Assembly (NCBI GenBank): GCA_965232515.1
Contig: CBDDPY010000002.1
Coordinates: 2,368,001-2,432,000, forward strand
Source of the DNA: Alphaproteobacteria bacterium
GTDB taxonomy: Bacteria; Pseudomonadota; Alphaproteobacteria; GCA-2731375
DNA length: 64,000 nt
Reading direction: 5' to 3'
The position numbers were made by a program, and so were the translations under genes. Shown here one piece after another: positions 42,984 through 52,709 of this stretch (its first letter is position 1; every line of letters starts with the position of its first letter). The notes under the pieces are model-generated. The model was not told the origin of the DNA. It saw only the letters and a list, made by a program, of their open reading frames with translations, and did no database searches.

Positions 42984-44366
42984 ATGACCGACCTCGGCAA
43001 TTCGCCCGCCAGCCGCGATATCGCGCATGTCCTGCATCCCTACTCGGACCTCGCCCACCACACGCCGCACATCCTGACCCAGGGGCGCGGGATCTACGTC
43101 CGGGACGACAACGGCAAGGAGTATATCGAGGGGCTGGCCGGCCTCTGGTGCACCTCCTTCGGCTTCGGCGAGGACGAGCTGGTCAAGGCCGCGACCAAGC
43201 AGATGCAGACGTTGCCCTACTACCACATGTTCGCCAGCAAGGCGCACAACCCGTCGATCGATCTCGCCGAGAAGCTGAAAGACGTTGCCCCGGCTGATTT
43301 CTCCAAGGTGTTCTTCGCCAATTCCGGCTCGGAGGCGAACGACACCATGGTCAAGATGGTCTGGTACTACAACAACGCCATCGGCCGGCCCGAGAAGAAG
43401 AAGATCATCGCCCGGCTGAACGGCTATCACGGCGTCACCGTCGCCGCCGGCAGCCTGACCGGCCTGCCCTATGCGCAGCAGGACTTCGACCTGCCGATCG
43501 CCAACATCATCCACACCAGTAATCCGCACTATTACCGGATGTCGGAGGACGGCGAGTCGGAAGAAGACTTCGCCACCCGCATGGCCCAGGACCTGGAAGA
43601 CCTGATCCAGAAGGAAGGACCCGAGACGGTCGCCGCCTTTATCGCCGAGCCGGTGATGGGCGCCGGCGGCGTCATCGTGCCGCCGAAGACCTATTTCGAG
43701 AAGATCCAGGCCGTGCTGAAGAAGTACGACGTGCTGATGGTCGCCGACGAGGTGATCTGCGGCTTCGGCCGGACCGGCAACTGGTGGGGCAGCCAGACCT
43801 TCAACATCAAGCCGGACATCCTGACCTGCGCCAAGGCGCTGTCATCGGCCTATCTGCCGATCTCGGCGATCATGATCAACGAGCCGATGTTCGCGGCCTT
43901 CCAGCAGAACAGCGAGAAGCTCGGCATCTTCGGCCACGGCTTCACCTATTCCGGCCATCCGGTCTGCGCCGCGGTCGCGCTCCGGGCGCTGGAGCTAATG
44001 CAGGAACGCGACCTGGTCGGCCATGGCCAGGCGGTCAGCCCGCGCTTCCTCGAGCGCCTGCATTCCTACGCCGACCACGAGCTCGTCGGCAACACAAGGG
44101 GCGTCGGCCTGGTCGGCGCGATCGAGCTCTCGGCCGACAAGGCGGCCCGGACGCCGTTCGATCCCAAGCTCGGCATGGCCAAGAAGCTCGCCGCCGCGGC
44201 CAGTGACGAGGGCCTGATCGTCCGCGCCATGCCCGGCGACGCGGTCGCCTTCTGCCCGCCGATGATCATCACCGAGTCCGAGATCGACGAGATGTTCGAC
44301 CGCTTCAGCCGCGCCCTCGAAGCCTTCACGGCCCAAGCCGCGGCCGGCTCGGCGGCCGCCGAGTAG
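42984..44366 (+). CDS. class III aminotransferase (omega-amino acid/polyamine)
   Basis: EGLAGLWC, NSGSEAND, FIAEPVMGAGG, ADEVICGFGRTG, CAKALS, HGFTYSGHP. Confidence 0.93.
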   Translation: MTDLGNSPASRDIAHVLHPYSDLAHHTPHILTQGRGIYVRDDNGKEYIEGLAGLWCTSFGFGEDELVKAATKQMQTLPYYHMFASKAHNPSIDLAEKLKDVAPADFSKVFFANSGSEANDTMVKMVWYYNNAIGRPEKKKIIARLNGYHGVTVAAGSLTGLPYAQQDFDLPIANIIHTSNPHYYRMSEDGESEEDFATRMAQDLEDLIQKEGPETVAAFIAEPVMGAGGVIVPPKTYFEKIQAVLKKYDVLMVADEVICGFGRTGNWWGSQTFNIKPDILTCAKALSSAYLPISAIMINEPMFAAFQQNSEKLGIFGHGFTYSGHPVCAAVALRALELMQERDLVGHGQAVSPRFLERLHSYADHELVGNTRGVGLVGAIELSADKAARTPFDPKLGMAKKLAAAASDEGLIVRAMPGDAVAFCPPMIITESEIDEMFDRFSRALEAFTAQAAAGSAAAE

Positions 44367-44385
44367 GGCGCAAGAAAAGGCGGGG

Positions 44386-45423
44386 TCAGCCGGCGGCTTT
44401 CTGGGCGGCCTCGAAGCCGCTCAGGAAGCTGAGCAGGTTGGCCTCGATCTCGTCGCACAGGTAGCCGCCTTCCTGCACCAGCACGGTGGGCAGGCCGAGG
44501 CCGGCGATGGCCGCGCCGATCCGGCCGAAGCCCTCGGTGCTGACCTTCAGCACGCCCAGTGGATCGTTCGCCTGCGCGTCGAGGCCGAGCGAGATCAGCA
44601 GGGCCGCTGGCGCGAAGCCGGCAATCGCGGCGAGCGCCTTGTCCACGGCATCGAGGAAGACGTCGTCGCCGCTGCCCGGCGTCAGCGGCAGATTGAGGTT
44701 GTAGCCGTGGCCCGGCCCGGCGCCGCGCTCGTGCGCGTAACCGGCGAAGAACGGGTAGAACGCCGTCGGATCGGCGTGGAGCGAGACGAAATAAACATCC
44801 GGCCGTTCGTAGAAGATGCCCTGCGTGCCGTTGCCGTGGTGCACGTCGACGTCGAGGATCGCTACCCGGCCGAGGCGCGCGGCCACATGCTCGGCGGCGA
44901 TCGCCACGTTGTTCAGAAAGCAAAAGCCACCGGCCATGTCGGCATAGGCGTGATGGCCCGGCGGCCGGCAGAGCGCGTAGGCCGAGGCCGCGCCGTCCAG
45001 CACTAGGTCCGCCGCCGTCAGCGCTACGTCGGCGGCGGCCCGCGCCGCGTTCCAGGTGCCCTCGCCGATCGGGCAGGCCGTATCGGCCATGTGATAGCCG
45101 GCAACACCGACGATGCCCTCCGGCCGGGTGTGCATGTGCCGGCCCGGATGCACGTTCGGCACGATCTCGGTTCCGGGGCCGGCCAGCTTCGCCCACTCCG
45201 TCGCGCCGTGTTCGAGGAAGCGCAGATAGTCGGGCGAATGCACGGCGGCGACCGGCGCCAATCCGAAGCTCTTCGGTGCGGCCACCGGCCTGTCGGTCCC
45301 GCGCAATGCGGCGATCAGCCGGTCGGCGCGCGCCGGCATTTCCGGACTCTGCGTCAGTCGGCCGCGCGAGATGAAGCTTTGCGGATCGTGCGCGCGGTGC
45401 GCGTCCGAATAGATGACTTGCAT
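44386..45423 (-). CDS. acetylpolyamine amidohydrolase-like histone deacetylase family protein
   Basis: PEMPAR, LCRPPGHHA, GGFCFLNN, DVDVHHGNGTQ, VQEGGY; GGAG RBS. Confidence 0.9.
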   Translation of the reverse strand: MQVIYSDAHRAHDPQSFISRGRLTQSPEMPARADRLIAALRGTDRPVAAPKSFGLAPVAAVHSPDYLRFLEHGATEWAKLAGPGTEIVPNVHPGRHMHTRPEGIVGVAGYHMADTACPIGEGTWNAARAAADVALTAADLVLDGAASAYALCRPPGHHAYADMAGGFCFLNNVAIAAEHVAARLGRVAILDVDVHHGNGTQGIFYERPDVYFVSLHADPTAFYPFFAGYAHERGAGPGHGYNLNLPLTPGSGDDVFLDAVDKALAAIAGFAPAALLISLGLDAQANDPLGVLKVSTEGFGRIGAAIAGLGLPTVLVQEGGYLCDEIEANLLSFLSGFEAAQKAAG

Positions 45424-45443
45424 GGAAACTCCGGCGTTTTTGG

Positions 45444-46196
45444 CTAAACGTGCTGGCCGCCGTTGACGTGGATCTCGGCGCCGTTGACGTAGCTCGACTG
45501 TTCGGTGCACAGGAAGTAGATGGTCTTCGCCACCTCCTCCGGCGTGCCCAGCCGGCGCATGGGGATCGTCGGCGCCAGCTTCTCTTCGGTGTCGGGCGAC
45601 AGGATCTCGGTCTTGATCTCGCCCGGCGCGATGGCGTTGACGCGGATGCCGTAGGGCGCGAAGTCGGCCGCCATCTCGCGCGTGAGACAAGCGAGCGCCG
45701 CTTTCGAGGTGGCATAGGCGGTGCCCGCGAACATATGCACCCGGCTGCCGGCGATCGACGTCACGTTGACGATCGACCCGTGCGCCGACTCCAGCTCATC
45801 CAGCAGACCGCGCGCCAGCATGATCGGCGCGAAAAAATTCACCTGCATCACCTGCTCCCAGGTGTCCGCTTCGGTGGTCAGGCTCGACAACCGGTCGCCA
45901 TCGCCGCTCTTCGGCGAAATGCCGGCATTGTTGACCAGCGCATGCAGCGGACCGCCGCCCAGTCGTTCCCGCAACTCGGCGATGCCGTCGGCAATATTGT
46001 CCTGGTCGGCGAGGTCGATCTGCAGATGGTCCTCGGGCCCCGCCTCCCACGGACAATCCTCCGGAAAGGCGTGGCGGGAACAGGTGATCACCCGCCAGCC
46101 GGCGCTGGAAAAGCGCTTCACGGTGGCGTGGCCGATGCCGCGGCTGGCGCCGGTCAGCACCAGCGTCCGGCGGCTGTTCGATATCGTCTCTGGCAT
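45444..46196 (-). CDS. SDR family oxidoreductase (FixR-like)
   Basis: TGASRGIG, CPWEAGPEDH, NNAGISPK, YATSK, NGAEIHVNGGQHV. Confidence 0.9.
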   Translation of the reverse strand: MPETISNSRRTLVLTGASRGIGHATVKRFSSAGWRVITCSRHAFPEDCPWEAGPEDHLQIDLADQDNIADGIAELRERLGGGPLHALVNNAGISPKSGDGDRLSSLTTEADTWEQVMQVNFFAPIMLARGLLDELESAHGSIVNVTSIAGSRVHMFAGTAYATSKAALACLTREMAADFAPYGIRVNAIAPGEIKTEILSPDTEEKLAPTIPMRRLGTPEEVAKTIYFLCTEQSSYVNGAEIHVNGGQHV

Positions 46197-46273
46197 AGCG
46201 ACACATTAAGACAAATAACCGTCGCCGATACCAGTGGCAGCATTGCGTTACGCGGTGATTTCAGGCGCCGCCG

Positions 46274-47137
46274 TCAATGTGCCATCAGCACCGGAATCTC
46301 GGTGTTGGCCAACACACCGCGGGTGACGCCACCGAGGATGAGCTGACGCAGCCGGGCATGGGTGTAGGCGCCCATGATCAACATGTCGCAATTGGCCGCC
46401 TTCACGTCGCGCAGCAGAGCCTCGCCGATCCCGTCCGCGCCCGGCGTGACGTGTTTGACGTCGGCCGAGACGCCGTGCGCCGCCAGAAAGCCGGCGGCGT
46501 CCTCGGCCGGCGGGCCGCGTCGCTCGGGCTCGTCGACCGCCATCACGGTGACCCTATCGGCCGTGGCCAGAAAGGGCAGGCCGCTCGACATGGCGCGCGC
46601 GGCCTGGGCGCTGCCGTTCCAGGCGACGGCGACGGTCCGGCCGAAGCCGGCCGGCTCGGCCAGCGGCGCCACCAGGACGGCGCGGCCGGTCTCGGTTATC
46701 GCCGCCTGCAACGCGGCGGGTTCGATCACGTCGGAGTCGGGACCGGCGCGGCCGGTGACGACCAGATCGTGCAATCGGCCCTGCTCGGCGACGATATCTT
46801 CCTCGCGGCCGACGACGGTGTCGTAGGTGACGGCGAAGCCAGGCGTCATCGGCGCCTCGGCCGCGGTCACGTCGGCTGCCTCGCAGGCCGCGGCAAACTG
46901 CGCCGCCGCCCGCTTGGACCGCTCGTCGGCCTCCTTCTCGACCGCCGTCATCACATCCTCGACCATGGCGCCGGTCATGCCTTCGCCGAGATAGGGGATG
47001 CTCTTGTTGGGGTCGAGCGCGGTATGGCGGACCGACACGCGCGCGTCGAACCGCCGGCCGACCTCGATGGCGACAGCCAACGCAACCGCCGATTCGTCGA
47101 CCCCGTTCAACGGAACCATGATGGATTTGATGCTCAT
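46274..47137 (-). CDS. universal stress protein (tandem USP)
   Basis: IMVPLNG, VAWNGSAQAARA, MGAYTHARLRQLILGGVT, PVLMAH; GGAGGT RBS. Confidence 0.92.
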   Translation of the reverse strand: MSIKSIMVPLNGVDESAVALAVAIEVGRRFDARVSVRHTALDPNKSIPYLGEGMTGAMVEDVMTAVEKEADERSKRAAAQFAAACEAADVTAAEAPMTPGFAVTYDTVVGREEDIVAEQGRLHDLVVTGRAGPDSDVIEPAALQAAITETGRAVLVAPLAEPAGFGRTVAVAWNGSAQAARAMSSGLPFLATADRVTVMAVDEPERRGPPAEDAAGFLAAHGVSADVKHVTPGADGIGEALLRDVKAANCDMLIMGAYTHARLRQLILGGVTRGVLANTEIPVLMAH

Positions 47138-47196
47138 GGCCACCTCCATCGCGCCAAATGAGCGGGAATCATAGAATCATAAATGTAAGCATTTCG

Positions 47197-48744
47197 TCAT
47201 GTTTGATCCACCTCAAGGCAGCGCCGGGCCGCGGCCAGGACGTCGGCGATTTTGCCTGATGAATCAATATGTTGCCAGTCGATCGGACCGGTATCCTCGC
47301 GCAGCTGTGCATGCAGGACCTCGACCGTCGCATCGGAGGGGTCGCGCGTCCGGTCGTCGATGCGCCGTGCCATCACCTGCGCGGGCGCCTCCAGCCACAG
47401 GCCGTCGAAGCGAACGCCGGCCTCTCGTGCGACCTCGGCCAACCGTCGGCGGCCGTCGGCCAGGCTATGTGTGGCATCGGCGATCACCGAATAGCCGGCG
47501 GCGAGCGCCGTCGCCGAGCGCCGGTAGAGCAGGTGGTAGACCTGGTCGCTGACCTCGGACGCATAGGCCGATGGCGGCAGCGGCTGCTCCGGCTCGACGC
47601 CCATCAGGACCTTGCGGATCTCGTCGCTGCGCAAGCGCACGGCGCCGGGCGGCGGTCCCAGCTCTGGCTCTGGCGCCAGCGCCGTGGCGAGCGTCGACTT
47701 GCCGCTGCCCGACAGCCCGCCGATGCCGATCAGGCGCGGCGGCCGGGGCGTCAGGCAATCCAGCGCCAGCGCAAGATAATCGCGCGCCTCCTGCCGGCGC
47801 GCCGCCGCTTTCTCGGCGTCCGGGGTGCCGGCCGCCATGGTGGCGTTCACGTGGGCGCGGATGCCCGCCCTCAGCGCCAGGAACATCGGCAGCACCGCCA
47901 CCCCCTCGATATCCCCGGTGCGCGCCAGATAGCGGTTCAACACGACGTTGGCGCCATGCCGCATGTCCCGATGCCAAAGGTCCATCAGCAGAAACGCCAG
48001 GTCGTACATCACGTCGGTGTGCGACAGGCGCGTGTCGAACTCGATGGCATCGAAGATCACCGGCCGGCCATGCTCCAGGAAGATGTTGCGCAGGTGCAGA
48101 TCGCCATGACATTCGCGCACAAGGCCTTCCGTCCGCCGCCGCGCCAGCAGCGCGCGGTGCCGTTCGCCTTCGGCCGCCACCGCCTCGACGAACCGTCGCG
48201 CCGGCTCGGCGCTAAAGACCTCGGGCGTATAGGTATCGAACTCGCCGGCGATAACGGCGTTGACCCGCAGGTATTCCGAGACATCGGCGCCGGCCGGGCA
48301 CGGCGCCGCCGCGGCGTGAAACGCGGCGACCTCGTCCGCAAGGTCGATGAGGGCGTGATCGTGAAGCTCGCCCGACCGCGCCAGCCGGTCCAGCAGCTGG
48401 CTGTCGTCGAAGCGCCGCATCTCGACCAGCCATTCGACCGGCCGGCCGTCGCCGCCGAGCGCCAGCCGGCCGTCGTCGCCGCGCGTCACCGGCAGCACGC
48501 CGAGATAAACATCCGGCGCCGTGCGTCGGTTCAGGCGAATTTCCTCTTCGCAGACATGCCGCCGCAGGTCCAACGTCGAGAAGTCGAGATAGGGCAGCGC
48601 CACCGCCTTCTTCAGCTTGTAGGCGCGATCGCCCACCAGAAATACGATGGCCGCGTGCGTCTCGACCTGCACGACCTGCGCACCGGCCGATCCGTGGGTT
48701 CGGCCATCGGCCAGAAAGGCGATGACGTCTTTCTGATCGGACAC
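47197..48744 (-). CDS. bifunctional aminoglycoside phosphotransferase-like/AAA_33 ATP-binding protein (Rv2004c-like)
   Basis: ETHAAIVFL..AYKLKK, ECHGDLHLRNI, FDAIEF; P-loop GLSGSGKST. Confidence 0.9.
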   Translation of the reverse strand: MSDQKDVIAFLADGRTHGSAGAQVVQVETHAAIVFLVGDRAYKLKKAVALPYLDFSTLDLRRHVCEEEIRLNRRTAPDVYLGVLPVTRGDDGRLALGGDGRPVEWLVEMRRFDDSQLLDRLARSGELHDHALIDLADEVAAFHAAAAPCPAGADVSEYLRVNAVIAGEFDTYTPEVFSAEPARRFVEAVAAEGERHRALLARRRTEGLVRECHGDLHLRNIFLEHGRPVIFDAIEFDTRLSHTDVMYDLAFLLMDLWHRDMRHGANVVLNRYLARTGDIEGVAVLPMFLALRAGIRAHVNATMAAGTPDAEKAAARRQEARDYLALALDCLTPRPPRLIGIGGLSGSGKSTLATALAPEPELGPPPGAVRLRSDEIRKVLMGVEPEQPLPPSAYASEVSDQVYHLLYRRSATALAAGYSVIADATHSLADGRRRLAEVAREAGVRFDGLWLEAPAQVMARRIDDRTRDPSDATVEVLHAQLREDTGPIDWQHIDSSGKIADVLAAARRCLEVDQT

Positions 48745-48751
48745 AGCCGAC

Positions 48752-49690
48752 TTAGCCGCCGAACGCGGTATGTGGCTCTTCGATGCCGTCGGGGTCTTGA
48801 TGGATAATCACCTCCGCGCCCGGAAACGCCGCCATGATGTTCGCTTCTACCTGATCGGCGATTTCATGCGCCTTGATCAGGCTCATGTCGGGATCCAGCA
48901 CGAGGTGCAACTGGATGAAGGTCTGTACGCCCGATGACCGGGTCCTGAGATCGTGCAGGCTCAACACTTCGGGATGGGCGCGCGCAATCTCCTGTATCCG
49001 TGCGCGCTGATCATCGGGAAGTTCCCGATCCATCAAGGGATCGATCGCGCTACGGAAAATCTGCACCGCGCCGTAGAGGATGTAGACGCCGATTGCCGCG
49101 GCGAACAGCGGGTCGATGAAGGCGACCCCAAACCAGGCCGTCAGGGCCAACGCCGCGATGACGCCGATATTCATCAACAGATCGCTGCGGTAGTGCAGCG
49201 AATCGGCGGAGATCGCGAGCGAGCCGGTGCGGCGCACCACGAACATCTGGAAAGCCACCAGGCCGAGCGTCAGCGCGATGGAGAACAGGATGATGACGAT
49301 GCCGACATCGCTTTGCACCGGCATGCGGGGATGGATCAGCCGCTCGCCGGCCTGAAACAGCAGGAACACGGCCGATCCGGCGATGAACGCGGCCTGCGCC
49401 AAACCGGCGAGCGCTTCCGCCTTGCCGTGGCCGAACCGGTGCTCGCGGTCCGCCGGTGTCAGCGCGTGGCGAACCGCCAACAGATTGATGACCGAGGCGC
49501 CGGCATCGAGGATCGAATCGACAAGCGAGCTCAGCATGGCCACCGAGTCGGTCATCAGCCAGCCGGTCAACTTGGCCAGGATCAGGATTGAGGCGACCGT
49601 GACCGACGCATAGGTCGCGACGCGCATCAGGCGCCCGGCCCGCTGCGGATCGATGCCCGTCGTCGGTTCGCGTTCGGCCTTTGCGATCAA
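48752..49690 (-). CDS. fieF: cation diffusion facilitator family transporter (FieF-like)
   Basis: SLVDSILD, HRFGHGKAE, ADSLHYRSD, HDLRTR, IIHQDP; start uncertain. Confidence 0.88.
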   Translation of the reverse strand: MIAKAEREPTTGIDPQRAGRLMRVATYASVTVASILILAKLTGWLMTDSVAMLSSLVDSILDAGASVINLLAVRHALTPADREHRFGHGKAEALAGLAQAAFIAGSAVFLLFQAGERLIHPRMPVQSDVGIVIILFSIALTLGLVAFQMFVVRRTGSLAISADSLHYRSDLLMNIGVIAALALTAWFGVAFIDPLFAAAIGVYILYGAVQIFRSAIDPLMDRELPDDQRARIQEIARAHPEVLSLHDLRTRSSGVQTFIQLHLVLDPDMSLIKAHEIADQVEANIMAAFPGAEVIIHQDPDGIEEPHTAFGG

Positions 49691-49717
49691 GTCGCCGTCC
49701 TCTGACTAAAGGCTCCG

Positions 49718-50308
49718 TTACGGATAAAGCCGCTGGGTCGACCAGCCCTCCGCCTGACGACTATAGACCACTCGGTCGTGCAGCCGATACGGCATGCCCT
49801 GCCAGAATTCGATGCGTTCCGGCACCACCCGGAAGCCCGACCAGTGCGGCGGCCGCGGCACGTCGCCGCCCTCGAACCGCGCCTCGCTTTCGGCGACGCG
49901 CCGCTCCAACAGCGCGCGATCCTCAAGCGGCCGCGATTGGTCCGAGGCCCAGGCGCCGATCTGACTGCCGCGCGGACGCGTCGCGTAGTAGGCGTCCGCC
50001 TCGCCGTCGCTGACCTGCTCGACGCCGCCGTCGATGCGGATCTGGCGTTCCAGGCTCTTCCAGTGGAAGTTCAGGCTTGCCTTCGGACAAGCCAGCAGCT
50101 GACGGCCCTTGTCGCTTTCGAGGTTCGTGTAGAACACAAAGCCCTGATCATCGAGGCCTTTCAGCAGCACGATCCGCACCGTGGGCTGTCCGTCAGCATC
50201 GACGGTGGCGAGCGCCATGGCGTTCGCCTCGTTCGGCTCGCTGGCCGACGCCTCCTGCATCCAGGCCTCAAACAGCTGAAAGGGATCGCTCGACGCCGGA
50301 ATCGTCAT
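49718..50308 (-). CDS. pdxH: pyridoxamine 5'-phosphate oxidase
   Basis: [37 protein letters not shown]. Confidence 0.96.
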   Translation of the reverse strand: MTIPASSDPFQLFEAWMQEASASEPNEANAMALATVDADGQPTVRIVLLKGLDDQGFVFYTNLESDKGRQLLACPKASLNFHWKSLERQIRIDGGVEQVSDGEADAYYATRPRGSQIGAWASDQSRPLEDRALLERRVAESEARFEGGDVPRPPHWSGFRVVPERIEFWQGMPYRLHDRVVYSRQAEGWSTQRLYP

Positions 50309-50592
50309 TTTTTTGGCCCTTTGAAATCGATCGAGCGCAGGTTTTCCGGGCCGATGCCCGTGATCATGCGCAATGTGCCGATACTAATCCCGCAGATACC
50401 GCCTGCGCACTGCGGCATGGCGTAGCAGATCGCGGAAAATGCACGGAATTGTGTCGTTTGAACGCCACCTTAACCGCCCTATATTAGCTACATGTGACCG
50501 CTGACAGTTGTGTTGCGGTAATGACGCATGCATATATCGATCCCGTGTAAGGTTTACGGTAGACCGAATTTCCCCGGAGAAGGCTAATTGTT

Positions 50593-51072
50593 ATGGAACT
50601 TCGGAAAATAGCGATCATTGGACTGTGTGCCGGCTTCTTGGCCGCCTGTCAGGGCAGCGACGCCGGCCAGAAGCAGACGTTGGGGACGATCCTCGGCGGC
50701 GTCGGCGGTGCCGTCGCCGGCGCGCAATTCGGCTCCGGCAGAGGACAATTGGCGGCGACCGCGGCGGGCACGCTGCTCGGCGCGTTTATCGGCAGCTCGA
50801 TCGGCAAGTCGCTCGACCGCGCCGACCAGGCCGCCATGCACAAGACCACGCAGCGCACGCTCGAAACGGCGCCGTCTGGACAGACCACGTCCTGGCGCAA
50901 CCCGGACTCCGGCAACCAGGGGACCATTACCCCGCAGCCGGCCTATCAGACGGCCACCGGCCAGTATTGCCGCGAGTTCCAGCAGACCGTAACGGTCGGC
51001 GGCCAGACCGAGCAGGCCTACGGCACCGCCTGTCGACAGCCCGACGGCACCTGGAAGATCGTCAGCGGCTAA
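50593..51072 (+). CDS. 17-kDa surface antigen-like lipoprotein (RT0821/Lpp0805 family)
   Basis: Lipobox LAA-C, glycine zipper, WRNPDSG, YCREFQQTV, GTACRQPDGTW. Confidence 0.93.
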   Translation: MELRKIAIIGLCAGFLAACQGSDAGQKQTLGTILGGVGGAVAGAQFGSGRGQLAATAAGTLLGAFIGSSIGKSLDRADQAAMHKTTQRTLETAPSGQTTSWRNPDSGNQGTITPQPAYQTATGQYCREFQQTVTVGGQTEQAYGTACRQPDGTWKIVSG

Positions 51073-51133
51073 GGCGGTCGGAAGCCGGTATGGCGGCAGC
51101 GCAAGGGCGGCCGCCTGAACGAGATGTTGGATC

Positions 51134-52585
51134 ATGATTCGCTGCGGCGCGGTCGCTGTTAGTCTGTTGCTGACGGCGCTGCCCGCGGCGGCGCTGGCCG
51201 ACTTTGCCGCCGCGGTCTCGGCCTATGATCGCGGCGACTACGAAACGGCATTCAACGAATGGCTGCCGCTGGCGCGCGATGACGATCCAGCGGCCCAACG
51301 GAATATCGCCCATCTCTATCGGCAAGGTCTGGGCGTCGCGCAGGACTTCAGCGAGGCGGCGCGCTGGTACCGGCGCGCCGCCTATCTCGGCCTCACGGGC
51401 GCGCAGTCCAACCTCGCGGCCATGTATCTGCGCGGCCAGGGTGTCGAGGAAAATCCCGAGGAAGCGGCCTATTGGTTCGAGCGGGCCGCCGTCGGTGGCC
51501 ATATCCTGGCGCAATACAATCTTGGTCTGATGTACAGTCGCGGCGTCGGCGTCCGCCGGAGCCAACCACGCGCCATGGCCTGGCTGTACCTGGCCGCGAA
51601 ATCGGGGCACGAGCAGGCGCTGGCCGCGCTGTCGCAGATGGTGCTGCAGGAGGCGGATACCTATGGCCCGCCCTTGCCGCCGCCGGGCTATGTCGAGGAA
51701 CCCCCGCCCCCCGCGCCCGTCCCCGAACCGGTTGCCGAAAGCGAACCGACGAGCGATGTCGCCGCAGTCGACGACGCCACCGACGATGCCGAGGCGCCCT
51801 CCGAGCCGACAGCGGCCGATGACGACGCGTCCCTGCTGAGCTGGCTGGGCGCGCTGTTCTCGGAAGACGAGGCCGTCGCGGCCGAAACCGCACCTGAAAC
51901 GACCGCCGACGCTGACCGGACTGCCGCCGCCGCGCCACCGCGACCGGCCGAACCGGCGACGGACACCCGGACCGGGGCGACGGCACTGGCCCCGACGCGG
52001 CAACCCGTCTTTGCTTATGTGCTGGATCCGCCACCCGGCAGCAGATTGTCGTCGAACGACGGGGAGCCGCCGGACGAGGCTCCGGTCCGCGAATCGGCGT
52101 CACCGGTGCCGGCGGCGTCAGAGCCCGCCCCACCTATCGAGCCAGCCCAAACGCTGGCGGCGCGAACGCCGGACGATGAAAACTCCTCGGCGCCGCTCGC
52201 GCGGGATGCGGCGCCGCAGGAAACGCTCGATGTCGAGCCGTCGGCGCCCGCCGCCGAAAAAGCCGATGGCGACGCCAGCGCCGACCGGGTGATGGCCAGC
52301 GGGCTGATCGCCTACTACAGCGGCAATTTTCAGGTCGCATTCGACCGCTGGCTGCCGATCGCGGATGCCGGGCACCGCGAGGCGCAATATCAACTGGGCC
52401 TGCTGCTCGACCGTCCGGACTTCAACGGCCGCGACCGATCGCGCAGCTTCAAATGGCTGCAATTGGCGGCCGATCAGGGCCATGCCCAGGCGCGCGACCA
52501 ATTGCGGCGCCTGGAAGACGATCTGACACCGCTTGAACGCCTGGACGGTCAGCGACTGGTCAAGGACTGGCGCGAGGACCGCTGA
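51134..52585 (+). CDS. exported Sel1-repeat protein with long low-complexity linker
   Basis: Signal peptide; Sel1 repeats (AQxNLxxMYxxGxGV..WxxRAA); Pro/Ala/Glu linker; second C-terminal Sel1 unit. Confidence 0.88.
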   Translation: MIRCGAVAVSLLLTALPAAALADFAAAVSAYDRGDYETAFNEWLPLARDDDPAAQRNIAHLYRQGLGVAQDFSEAARWYRRAAYLGLTGAQSNLAAMYLRGQGVEENPEEAAYWFERAAVGGHILAQYNLGLMYSRGVGVRRSQPRAMAWLYLAAKSGHEQALAALSQMVLQEADTYGPPLPPPGYVEEPPPPAPVPEPVAESEPTSDVAAVDDATDDAEAPSEPTAADDDASLLSWLGALFSEDEAVAAETAPETTADADRTAAAAPPRPAEPATDTRTGATALAPTRQPVFAYVLDPPPGSRLSSNDGEPPDEAPVRESASPVPAASEPAPPIEPAQTLAARTPDDENSSAPLARDAAPQETLDVEPSAPAAEKADGDASADRVMASGLIAYYSGNFQVAFDRWLPIADAGHREAQYQLGLLLDRPDFNGRDRSRSFKWLQLAADQGHAQARDQLRRLEDDLTPLERLDGQRLVKDWREDR

Positions 52586-52709
52586 CCTGGTGCGACATTT
52601 TCTTTAACCAATTAGCGTCGAAACCATATTATTTCTGGTGAGCGCGGTTTGGCGCATATTCGATCCCCGCGGCAGACCGATGTTTCACTTGGCATAGATC
52701 TCGAAACGG

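Noticed and set aside
52600-52616. TTAACC half-sites upstream of the DnaJ-like gene (and at about 50470) as CtrA boxes
   Set aside because: No second half-site at N7 spacing
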